Under the pieces are notes generated by a model. The model saw only the letters and a list, made by a program, of their open reading frames with translations, was not told the DNA's origin and made no database searches. A stretch of DNA of 64,000 bases from assembly GCA_000708835.1 (NCBI GenBank), contig DF236957.1, positions 415,629 to 479,628 of the forward strand, written 5' to 3'. The DNA is from Klebsormidium nitens (lineage: Eukaryota; Plantae; Klebsormidiophyceae). Made by a program: the position numbers and the translations under genes. Shown one piece after another: positions 36,989 to 49,100 of this stretch (position 1 is its first letter; the number at the start of each line of letters is the position of its first letter).

Positions 36989-39253
36989 TATTACCGAGAC
37001 CGTGCTCGAGAATATGAAGATTCACAAACACCAGTGTTTGGAAAGGGGGGCCCTGTTTCCATCAAGAAGCAGAATGTTGGAATACTGTTGGCGATGGCAG
37101 CGGCAATCGGGGCTGTTGCGTTTTGGAACAAGAACAGGAAAAACGGTGACTGACAAAACCACAAAAGCGCAGTACTCGAGTTGTCTACCTTCCTTCCAAG
37201 TTCAGTCTCAGGGCCTCTTAGGGGGCCCTCACATGGCGTTTGTCTCTCCAAATTTTTGAAAGATCTTGAGGAATCGCACAAGCCCCTTATTGCCACCTGC
37301 AAGCAAGCTCAAGTTCTCCGTCATCCAGCCAAGACTGAAAAGCGGGATGTTGAAGATTGACTGGACTTTACCGTACACAAGAATAAGATCGGTACGTCTG
37401 TGACGGCTGCCAACTTCTGCTCCGGGGACGATTATCTGGGGCAACTTGTCTTTGAAGGCTCCGACTAATTTTGGACCTCGTCTCACTTCTCAGCTGCCCG
37501 GAAATGCAACCTGGCCTGGTATAGTATTGCCCTTTGAAAGTCCCACTGCCTTCAGAATTTCTGAAGGCTTACCCAGAGCGACAAAGTGGTCTCAACAGAA
37601 TTGAATGTTAGGTGTTCAAAGCTTTCTTAGCTGATTTCATCTCCGAGTTTCCTTCCCTTGCAATGGAGTTCATTACGACTCTATGCCATTCGGTGGGTTC
37701 ATAGTCATGCTATCGAAAAGAGTTTAAGCCCAGGTCACTCCGGCTAGTAGCCATCCGAATGAGAGAACTTGTGTGGCAAGTGCATGACGGTCTCCTAAAC
37801 TTGGATACCTACGGAGCTGGTCCCATAGAATCCGCTGAGGTTCAATATCCGGGCTGATTCGGTGTTCTTATCCTTGATCCAGGCACACGTTTAGGAAAGG
37901 AGCCTCGAAAACCGGCCGTTGCAAGGCAGGGATTAAGCGCCGGGGAAGCGGCGGCCCGGGCGGCAGAGAGGCGATTGTCTGGGCACGGAACTAACCAGTT
38001 GACCCCATTGGGGAGAGCCCTAGCGGTCGCTCAGAAGGTGGGAGACTCCCTGAACGTCATTCCTTCCTTTGAAAGTCTTTGCAGAGAAACTTGGATCAAG
38101 GAAACAGGTCGGTTCGACAGAGAGGTTAGATCTGGTAGGACCCACTTTGAACGAGGCTTCGATAGTAAGGCCTAGTTGTGTGTTCGAAGCACGATCTCCT
38201 CATAGCTTCGAATGCCTACAGCTTAGTTGGAAGGCACCAACGCAAGAACTGAAAGCTATCTTGACCCTAGGTCTTATTCACCAATCGCCCTGCTGTTCTT
38301 GATGCGATTGCAATTGTGCCTGGATCCAGAGTTGCGTGCTGGCAAAGCACGCAGCAGACAATGCATGACTCTTCAGCTCGTTTGACTGATTCTCGGGCGG
38401 GATGCCCCTCTCTTCACACGACTTCATTCAACCGGCTTCGGGCTTTCAGACTAAGCGTTCGGGCTAATCTCGTATCAGTCTGCTGATGAAGTGTGTCAAC
38501 AACTGGACTATCGAAGAGGAGCTTGTCGGAGACATGGACTTTCAATCCCTGCAGGTAGATGGTTTGGAGGCCGAGGCGAAGACGCTCGTAGAAAGTGTGC
38601 GAAGAGTTGGAAGAGTAGAGGAAGATGTTAGCAAAAAGCAGATCACGTTGATCGAGCTGGTGACGCAGGCGCAAATAGAGATGGACGGTATCCAGGTGAG
38701 CCGCTAACGAATCACTTTGAGGTCTCGTTCTCGTGCTACAACGTCTTCTCTTCCAAACGGAGCTCATCGAACCTCAAGAGTTGCGGCCGGCATTTGTACA
38801 TGGGCACTTATGCAAAGATTGACAAATCTTTTAAACGCAGCTTTTTGTTTGCAGGTAGGAGAAAGTGGCCGAGCGGTCAAGAAGGCCCAGATCATTCGGA
38901 TGGAACGGATCATAGTGGTAAGAACGTAATCAGACGCATCTCTCGCTTGATTTGAGCGCTCTATGCGTCGGCTGTCTAGGGCTTCTTCTGGGCCGAAAAA
39001 CACCTACCCGACAGCTTTTGGCTTGCATGATAACTAGAGCTGCGGCTGCTTCTGTTATCGAGATGCAAACGGCTAATCCAATCAAAGACGTTGGTCCATC
39101 ACAAGCGAAATTCTCCAGTTCTCTGATGGAAGCATATGCTCGTTGCAGTCGCTTGAGCAGCTTGCGGAGACTGCGCATAAGGGACTCGCACAGGGAGAGG
39201 TCGCAAGGAGTTCCGAGATTCAAGAAGAACAATCGGACGGGGGGCCCTCATAG
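36989..39253 (+). CDS. BAG-domain protein with an N-terminal hydrophobic segment; exons 36989-37145, 37883-38037, 38555-38695, 38855-38917, 39149-39253 (5' end unresolved)
   Basis: Five phase-consistent GT-AG exons give ...VGILLAMAAAIGAVAFW...AAARAAERRL...RALAVAQKVDGLEAEAKTL...TLIELVTQAQIEMDGIQVGESGRAVKKAQIIRMERIIVSLEQL. The last part resembles the BAG three-helix pattern (LDGI..G..R..RK..V). Confidence 0.65.
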
Positions 39254-40153
39254 GTTTAGTACTTGAAGCTTTCGGCATCCTTTGAACCGCCTCTTGCTGA
39301 TCGGATTGACAAGCATTCGATGTCCATGCCAATCCAGGCACTGAAGCAGGAGTCGCAAGCGTTTCTCGTCACAACGGATAATTGCAATCATACCTCAATC
39401 AGGCTTGCAGGTTCAATGGTCTTCACATGTTGCAATTCAAGGCTGCGAGTCCATTGTAGCGATACGCATCTTTGACTTTGTGGAATGCAATTGGGACCGC
39501 TGTCCTTTCCGGCCATCACGCGCGTGAATGGTCACTCTTGAGTCAATAGCGTGGTGGCTGGCCCCGTGTGACGTACACAGCCAGATTTCTACTCATGTGA
39601 CATGGTCGTTTTCCTTCCTGGACTCGCAGCTCACGAGCTGGCGGGCCGCATTTGGTAAGGTTAGGCAATCTAGCCAGCAAATAATACTATTATGCTCAGA
39701 ATTCTTAAAGGTACAACGAAGATGTGGTGATTGCCAGCTGTCTAACCTGGACGTCATGTTTCGGATACATGGCCACTCGGAGCAGATACCTAAAAGTTTC
39801 AAGGAGCAGCCTTTCTTCAGTTCAAGGTTTCACAGGACGACCCGATGCAGGGGAGCTTGCAAGTCACCGCAGTGCAAGCTTGGGTTAGGTTAGGACGCCA
39901 GGTTAGCGTTGCTGGCTCGAGCATGGCCCCGGACGACGGTTAACCAAAGCAGGTTCTGAGTGAAACTTCGGACAATTTGAAGTTTCGTCTTCATATGTAA
40001 ATGTAGGATAGATATTATGCAGGAGCTTGAGAAAGCCATGCAAGCAGCAAGCAGCAAGCTGAGCACAGCTCAATCAGGCTTGGCTTGATCAGCATAGCAG
40101 CCCAATCGAGTGCATCCTTCTACCAAATGAAGTTTTGAGATGCCTGGCCCACG

Positions 40154-43100
40154 ATGAACACGCCACGCAAGCATACAAAGCGCCCCTTCCGGAGGCGGAA
40201 GAATGCCCGGCCGTCCTTTTTGAGCAGGGTGCTGCAATTCGGTGCATATTTGCTGGTGTTTGCGCTTGGCGGTTGCTATCTAAAAGTTGCATCCCACGGC
40301 GGCTCGTGGCCATTTAAAACTGAGGCTGCGAACACGGTTGATAAACTTGGACGGCAGGTTGGGGGCCTCCAGAGGAAGTTCGGCGGCCTTGCGTCGCAGG
40401 GGTTTCAAGTGCTTGACCATGAGAAGGGCGAACAACTTAACCAGGTGAACAAAGGCGGCCAGAAGGAGTCGGAAGGTGTCCAGGGCGATCACCAGATTGA
40501 GGAAGCGGTGATTCAGCGAGCGGGCGAGCGAGAGAAGAAGCTGCAGGAAGAGCAGGATGCATTGGGGGTTGACGTCTCGGACGAGGCAGACAACGGGCTT
40601 TGGGAGGGGGACTCCCCCACAGAGATAGGATTAGCACTGCACGCTTCGCAGGAGAGTGGGGACAAGGGCTTCAAGAGAAGCTTCCAGCTTCCTTCTCGTC
40701 GGCGCCAAAAAGCGCCGGGGCTAGTTTCAAGGGTGGCAGTGGGGTCATGCACGGCGAGGACCGACATTCCGCAGCCCGTCTGGGAGCAGGCCGTAATCCC
40801 AGCTGAACCGGATGCGTGGATTTGGTGAGGGTTTCGGTCTACAGATATTTTGTGTGAAGCTTTCACAGCAGAGAAGACCACCACCCAAAACTCACCAGTC
40901 TCTCGCTGACCTAATAAGGAAGTGCACCCATCTGGATGATTGGTAGTTAATGTGGACGCCCTTTTTCCCCCCGACGACTTCAGTAGAAGCTGGACCGTCA
41001 GCTTCTACTTTTCTGTAGAAGCTGACATTTGTCCTTTTCCACGCTTGGACCAAACACTTCCATCAGGACAAATCCGAGTACTTTTTCAAGCACACCAAAC
41101 GCTCCATTTTCACCGCAGGGAGACTCCTTGTGTTGCGCCCAGTCGCTTCACATTCTTTAAGACATTTTCTTGAATAGCTTCAAAGCTTGAGGTTTGGCAA
41201 AAGAGACAGATCCTACAGGAAAGTTCTTCGAATCTTTGACAGGAGAGCAAGATAACCTGGCTGATTTCCACTCATTCCGACGTCCCTCTTCCCACCGAGT
41301 TTGTTGGAAAGTTTATACAATGGAAGTTGTATTCCTGAAGATATCTCCAATATTGTATTGGAAAATAAATGCGTCTTCGTAGATCTCATGCCAAGTCTAG
41401 ATGAAGAAAGCAATTTCATGCAGGGCGGGGGACCTCGCATACTTGGACTGGCCGGACGTTGATTGCCGTGCATCACCTGAACACCCCAACTGCGATTGCG
41501 AGAAGGACTGGCTCAAGTCCTCGTACCAGTCCTGCCTCTCAGGTGAGACTGGCAACCCCAGCATGGTCCATCAGGGAACGACATGACTTAGGAGGAATGT
41601 GCGTGTGCATAGTTGGAAATCGGGTCCTCGGCAGACATTCTCTTATGTACTGGTGGCTGAAAGCTCCTCAAGTTGAGAACAATGCGCCCGGTATACTCCC
41701 ATTTCATGATTTCAAGAGGTATACTTTTGGCCACTAACTTGGAAGCGGTTCAAGACAACCCTTGTCTTTCTGGCTGCCAGCCGGGTCGGAAGAGCCCTTT
41801 GTTCGTTTGAAAGTTGGCAAAGGTCCTCTCGACCGAGTCAGGGTGCTGTTTCAATGTTGCCTCGTTGAAATAAGTTGCATCACGCAGTGGATACCAACAT
41901 GAAATGCTCTAAGGACGATGAAAACCTGGTTACACAATTGGCGGGCATATCTAGAAGGCACTTTCAGTGAGGGCGCCTGGTCATCATTCGAACTGTAACG
42001 TAGGTCTACTTGTAATCACAGCAATCCCTCCCCTTAAACATTTCCCTTTGAGGAAGTCCACTGCTCAGCGACATCCTTTTTCTCGTCCTCTTGCGTTCAG
42101 GCCTTATGCGCACTAGATTGAAGCCTTCGCTTGAGAATCTTCGACACACTGATTTAGAATCAAAGATACGGTGAACAAATTTCTTCGAATTTGCAACGCA
42201 GCTCTAGCCCTTGGTTAGCTCTTCCACCTTCAATTCACCAGAACTTTGTCAGTACTTCAAGACACCCGTCGTCGTCATCGTTTCGAGGCAGAGTTTTCTT
42301 GCATCCGTTTTGCACAGGCGACATAATGCAAGCGCGCGCCAAACTGCTTGTGCAACTCGAGCAGCCCAAATACATCATTCCGAACATCAGTCCGCTTATA
42401 AATCCTGCTTACCGATTGAATGCGACTTCCGCGACCCCCGGACAGGCGACATGACCCATGCACGCGCCAAGCTCCAAGCGCAGCTGGAGCACCCCGACTA
42501 CGTGCGCTTCCTCCGCTACATGTGCCCTGCGTGGCAGCCGCACGGGCTCTTCGGGCCCGACGGCGCGGACCCTGCTCTTTGTCCGAGAACGATCCTTGGC
42601 ACGTGGGACGATCACGACTACAACTGGCAGGACGGGAACCGGAGGCTCCCCCGGAAAGAAGCGCAGAAGCAGCTGTATCTGGACGCGCTGGGCGTTCGGA
42701 GGGACGATTCGAGGCGGGAAGTTGGCCGGGGGCTGTATGCGAAGGTGAGCTGATGGGGCCCGATTGAGGGCAGGTTTTACAGTTTGTTCAGAGGACGGTT
42801 TTGCTTCTTGAGGTTCTTCGAGATTATTTGGATGGCCAAATCAAAGCAATCATGTTTGGCTGCGCTGCAGGTGCCAGGGGATGGTGTGAGGCGAAGGTTT
42901 ACACGAGGATAATGTTCGGCAGGGAATTAGCTGTTTGCTGTAAGGTTCGGTCTAGAGTTGCCCCGGGTGACGCCTTCCTGCTCCCAAGCAGCGGAGCGGC
43001 GCTTTTCGAGACCCCGATTGATTTGTCCGCAGACTTGCCTCTGACTTCGTGATCCGTAAATCTTCAGCAATGCAACTTCTCGAGTCCTGCAATTCAACAC

Positions 43101-46100
43101 AATCAGCTGCTTCGGGCCGTTTGGCCTACCACTAGTACATAGTCGTGTCTCCATCGATGAAGCTCTATGAATCTTGCGCACATTCCTTGATACTTCCAGC
43201 TTTCATTGCAAACGGAACTCAATTGTTTCCCCTCATTTTATGACTTCGTGCCGCTTCTTGAGGCGAATTCGTGTAGCATCCCTACGAAAGTCGAAATCGT
43301 GCTTCCCGCGTTCTGCAGCATACCCTCAATCAGGGAGTCGCCGGGAAGGAGATCGATGTATTTTTGTTGGACGGGCGGTACTACCGGGACCCCAAGCCGT
43401 GTGCTCTGCGTCGGGACTTTTGCGAAAAGATGGTGCTGACGGACCCAAAGAAGGACAAGTACGCGTGGTAAGTTCCCCTCACCGCTTCAAAGCGTTCTTA
43501 GCGTTTGCAACCAGATTGGGCGACTCTGCTGCGTGCTGGCCTCTGTGAAAGGTTGAAGCCGCTCAAGCATTCAAGGAAGTTCGATTCACGTCTAATTCAT
43601 ACAAACCATGTGTGATTTTCTTGATGGGGCGACTCACTCAAGCGCCTCTTCACACAGACCCGTCTGTCCATTCCAATGGCCTCTCCAATTTGGGCAGCGA
43701 AGCAAACCGAAGCGACCCGCCCCTTTTCCTTCCGAGTATTTTCCACATAATCTTACTTGTGTCCAACTAGGCGTCGACCTTTTCCCTTGTACAGGTGTCA
43801 CGACTTCCTGCACGGGGGCCGGAACGGCACCGGCAGTTGCTGCAGAAAAGACGAGGCTTTCCGCGACGGCTGGTGCCGGCTCGAGTCCAGCCAAAACGAC
43901 TTCCTGTGGGCGTCCGCATGCGACCCGACGTCGGCATCGTTCGGACAGATTCGGACGCGGCTGGAGTGGCGGGAGCACCTGGACAGGATGGCGCTTGTGC
44001 GGGTGGAGAACGAGAGCGGGGAGGGCGGGAACGAGAGCGGGGAGGAAGACGAGGAGGAGGGGATGATGTGCGAGGTGAGGATTTTGCGAGAGTCGAATTT
44101 CAAAGTCTGCTGACTATTTTGCCGATGGTTTCTTTTTCTGTGGACCAATCATTGGCTCGGCGCATATTGAGACGAGAGTGGGGAGGGAGATACGGCGGAG
44201 GGGCTGATGCGGTTTGTGAGGGGTAGTACAAGCTCGTCCGGCTTTCACAGAGTTTCCAGTACCTCCGCTTATGTTATGGGTGGTTATCTGCGGACCAAGA
44301 TTCAACTGGCGCAGAACGGGAAACGAGGCCTGCTGTTGTGGCAGCAGGAGGTCGGGCCAAGTGGATGCAATTTCAGGGCTGAAAACACGAGTTGCTCGAA
44401 AAGATCAAGCAGAGTCAGCTTGCAGCAATGACAGTCAGGTTTGGGGCGTCCGATCTGACGGCCCAATAGTAGGCGTCCACATAGAGAACTGCCATCCGTT
44501 CAAAGAAACGGCCAAAGCTATCCAAAATGTCGCCGCTCGTCTTCCAGGCGATGAAAATTTTGGTGCTGACTCCTGAGAAGCACGCGTCTTCCTGTCTCGC
44601 CTCTCTGTAGCGGTATGATTTTGCTTGGAAGAGTTGCGCATCAGCCAGGCAAGAACCTCACGTCGATTGCAAAGTAGCGAACTTCCTTTCAGGTTGGCAC
44701 GATGTCCAAGCCAAAAGTCTTTCTCATGTCATCAGATACACGCGAGAGGCTGTCTTCTTTCGTGTTGTGTTTATTACGGTGAACTGCCCTGCAAAGTGGA
44801 TTGAAGTGTTATGCGGTGTGGGCAATCAAGTTCTCATCACTTCTCGTGAGAGTTCTCGCCACTGCCTCGAAGTAGTCAGGAACAGAGTGGCTCCTCTTTG
44901 GCAAGGACGAAAAACACAGTGGGCTACTCTTTGCCCACTCATCACCACCAGGATGCCCGCTATTATCGACACTATTGGAAACACGTCTTTCTAACATCGG
45001 GGGCTTCACGGAATGCTTGTTGGTGGCGCCTGACAATGGGTGGACTGACACCGTTGTACCTCTTGCAAATACAGCATTCCTTTCAAAACCTTCGAAACGC
45101 CGACGAACACGTATGCATGCAAGTGGGCCCGACTATCCAAAGGAAGCTTGGGGCCGGGCGATCGCTCATTCGCCAAATGCCTGGATTTTTGACTACTCTA
45201 ACGGCTGTGGGCTCCAATGCGGAATAGCCGCATCTTTCTGGACTCTTCCTGCCGCACAGCAGCGAGTGCGCTTTGGCCTTAAGGACGTGCGTCTGACCTA
45301 TTGTCTGCTTGTTACTCGCCCTGTGCTCTGTGGAGTCGTCCTTTATCTATCTATTGGGATGTAGCCAACGGCAGGGTTTTTGCTTTTGCTCATGCTCATG
45401 GATCTCGTTCATGGAAGCTTTTTGTTATGGGCGTATGATTACATGCCAGTACCTTTTGTACTGCCTGGCTGTACATGCAAATAGTTGGTCAACCTAATTG
45501 AGTCAAGCAATCTCGCATGACCTTTGCGCTATCGTGCGGCGTCAGCTTACATTATTGACGTTTTCTTCTGGGACGCGTGCTGGAGCCTAAGAAGCACTTT
45601 GCTAACAAAGGGCGGGCGCACTATTGGAGTTTTTTGAAATCTTGTCTGTCTCGTCGCTAGCTGTTCAAACGGTGTGATTGAGACTATGTTGTTCAGCGCA
45701 GTTGGCAATGACGACGTTCGAATAACGGGCGCATGCTGAAGCCCAGAAAAACTCGTTGCTTGCAAGAAGCCACACCGTCCCACTTTATCCGACTTCCTCT
45801 TTCCTGTCGACAGTGGTTAGGTTAATGTACTGAGTCGAGCAAAACGTCTCGAAGCGCGCAGGGCCCTTGAAATCAATAGTTGCTTTGGTGTGTCGATTGC
45901 TTTGCCCCAACCGCATGGGCTCCCGCGAGGCAGGCGAGTTGCCTAGGATGACTTGAAAGCACATTTGCGAAGCCAATCATTTCGACAGCAGTTTCGATTG
46001 TGCTCGGCAATTGGTTGGTGTCAAAGACCAGGCGTGTTGTGGCTGTGACGATGGCTGACCGTCATTAACACAACAAAGAGGTTTCTCCAAAAGCTTGATG

Positions 46101-49100
46101 CCCATGAGCGAATTTGGTTTGGTTGCAATATGAGGGTGAATTGCCAATCGCTTGACAACATCAGTCATAAGATCAGACCGGCTATCAGTACCCTTCTTGT
46201 TTCTTGCATGGATGCGGTGTTTGCCAGGATCCTTTTTGATATTGGTTTGGGATTCTTGAATGTTTTTGGCATAAGCCAGCAGCGTTGTTCACCTGCAAGC
46301 CGGCCCGTTGCCCTGCATATTGTACTCGTTGAAAGAAATGTGTACCCGATATTGTTTTCATCGATGGAAAGCAGCGATTGTCTTTGCACGGAAGGCAATT
46401 GAAAAATCAGGCCGTGACGAAGTATGCAGTGGGGGTCGTTTTCGCACACATGTGCTTTCAGCGCTGACAGAGGCCACTTGTTGCATCTTTGGGATAGTGG
46501 TCACGGGACCGCTTAGATGGCTCGGCGCTCGAATCTCTGCAGTCAAAGCGTGTCTATGAAACTTCCGCACCTATCTAGTCGGACAATTGCGTGGTTAACA
46601 TCGCAAACCAAGTTGAGGCGACACTTTAATGTCGTGTGGCCAATTCGCTTCTCCTGCAGTTGTTCTTACCTTCCCCGTCCGACTCTCTTGACAGTCTGTT
46701 GTCCGGAAGTTATTTCTTGCCCGGCTTATGAGAATTCTGGTATGCTGTCCCCAAGTCTTCCTTCTACATATGCCGTTTGCAACCCTTTGATTCTTTGGTT
46801 GGGACACAAAACACAGTTGGGCTCTTTCTCTTTCTAGAGGGCCTGTCAGCATACAATGCCGCTTTGCTCATGCGTCATCACGTCCGGTCATAGAGGGGGA
46901 ATACGATTTTTAAACTCAAGGTTGACGAACCCCACCATTGTCCGATGACCTTCTTCCAACCAAAATAACAGGAGACACGGTTAGGACCCCTGAATATGGA
47001 CCCGGTCACCGAGTTTCATTATCGTATGCCACACCTGGAAATACGCCATGCAACTATCCAACCTGCCCTTTTTCTTTGGATATGCAAAGTTGCTTCTTTT
47101 GAGTTTATATGTCACTCGGCGCCTGTTTGTCGGAAGAAGATCTGCGGAAGGTTTCGACTCTGTGTCAACTTCCATTCGAATCCTTAAAGAGCTTGCTGTA
47201 ACCTGGCTTTGGTTCTTTCTCGTCGTTCTCCCCTAGATCTACTACGAATTCGGTGGCTTTGAGACGATGATAACGAATGCTGGCAATGGCGAAGTTTTAG
47301 GTGGGGTCAACAGTTACCCCACTTGAGGTATGGTTGCTCCAATGCCAGTCAGATCCTGGGAATGCTCTTTCGCCTTCTTCCAGCAGAATCTGGGATCGGA
47401 CGCCTTTCGGGCAATGTATGTTCCTGGTGTCTTCCTTGTGCGTCGTCCACGGACCCGTCAAATGAGAGGTCGTGCCCTGTTAGCAGCTTGGGATGTCTCC
47501 CAAACCGTCTCGCTTGAAGCTACAGCGTCTGGCAGCTATCGGAAAGTTTGGGGACTCCGAACCTTATCAGAGCCCGCGGTTTCAAGAGCGTCACGAGAGG
47601 CTTCCTGGCGTTGAATGGGCTCTGATTCCGACCAATAGCTAAATACCGAACTAAAATTGCAATGGCATACTGGGCTGGTCTTCTCCGCACGCTTGGCAAT
47701 GTGTCGGCCACGCCGTGTCATATTGCTCCAACTTGGTGACTTTTATGTCAGCCTGTGCACCTCGGAAGTGGAGCTGCGTTCAAAATTATTAAATGGCCTT
47801 GACGACCAACAGTGCTACGAGATGGTAGCACGGTAAGGATGGTGGTACAGATGCCAAAGCTTAACGAGACTCCGTCCAAGTGACTGGTGGGGGCACTGGG
47901 GAAAGTTGGTGACTGGCGGTTTGTCTCGATCGTGTTCGTCGAACCCCTCTCCAGAAACTGTTCTTTCGTTACATTCGGACGTGGTCACCCCGAGGGGATT
48001 GCCACACATGCCTGCGCTGTCTGAGCAATGGTTCTTCTTGCCACGGGGGGCTGATGGTGTTTGTCGTCACCTTTGACCTGCTGGACGAACATTTTACTCA
48101 ATCTTAGGAAAAGCGTTATTTCAGGGGCGTGGCGTTAGTGAGTCTCCGGCGTCATTAGGAGCAAACCACTATTGCTCCTTATTCAAGATCGGGTTTCACT
48201 TCTGGCTATGACGACACTAAAACCTGGGCTGCTTGTGCAGCACAGTTGGTTGATGTAGACTCGGATGTCACCGAGATTCTTGTCTAGCACCTGATTGACG
48301 AGGGCGCTTTCGTGAACTGCTGCGCAGGGCAGAATTCAGTGCACCTGTCCCTAAGATTCGTAGGAATGCGCGATGCAAGGAGAAATGAAGAATCTGCAAG
48401 GCACGAGTATGCAAGTCCACCATAATTCTTTCAAATTACCTGCTTGCAGTAATTTGCACGCTTCAAGCTGGTTCTACCTGCCGCAACTCGTTCCTCCACC
48501 GTTTTAGAATATCCTCATTTCATGGAGGTATGGCTGTAGGGGAGCTCGTATGAGAGTCTGTTATTATCGTTCAATCAAGAGCTTTTCGACGACGTACCTC
48601 ATCTTTCCTCCTCCTGCGGATGGTTGGTGTGCATGTTGGCTTCTGCTCGAGAGCTTGGATCCAATGACCGAAAGGGGGCAATTGTTTGCATCTCCTTGCG
48701 GGGTTTCAACATATCCGCTGAGTTGTCGAGTGATAGATGGAATTTAGCGGGCTTATTTGGCAACCTGAAGTTCTTAATCTCTCTTAAATTGGGCGTATGG
48801 TGGCTTCGATAAGACTGTCTTGGTTTACCTTCCACCAGACGAAACGTCGTCTTGCCCGTGGGCCAGCAACGCTTCCGTATTCTGGTATGCACTTCTCTCT
48901 GTCAGCAACCCCCGAATGTCTTGGCTCCAAAATATTGAGAGGCCGCTGTTTCCTGCCTTCTCAGGGCTGCCCCACGGATACAACCATTGCGAACAACGCT
49001 GCCAGATCGTAGCAGGCCTTCTAATGCGAGGTTCCTCGAAGTTTTGATGATTGCAGGCCCTAAGTCGAGAACTCTGTGGTTGGAATCCATCCATATCCTT

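Noticed and set aside
40023-40088. Alternative last exon for the BAG gene (ELEKAMQAASSKLSTAQSGLA*), which would end 65 bp from the PhoD start
   Set aside because: A nearer in-phase exon (39149-39253) completes the BAG helix equally well, so the tight-abutment claim is unsupported.
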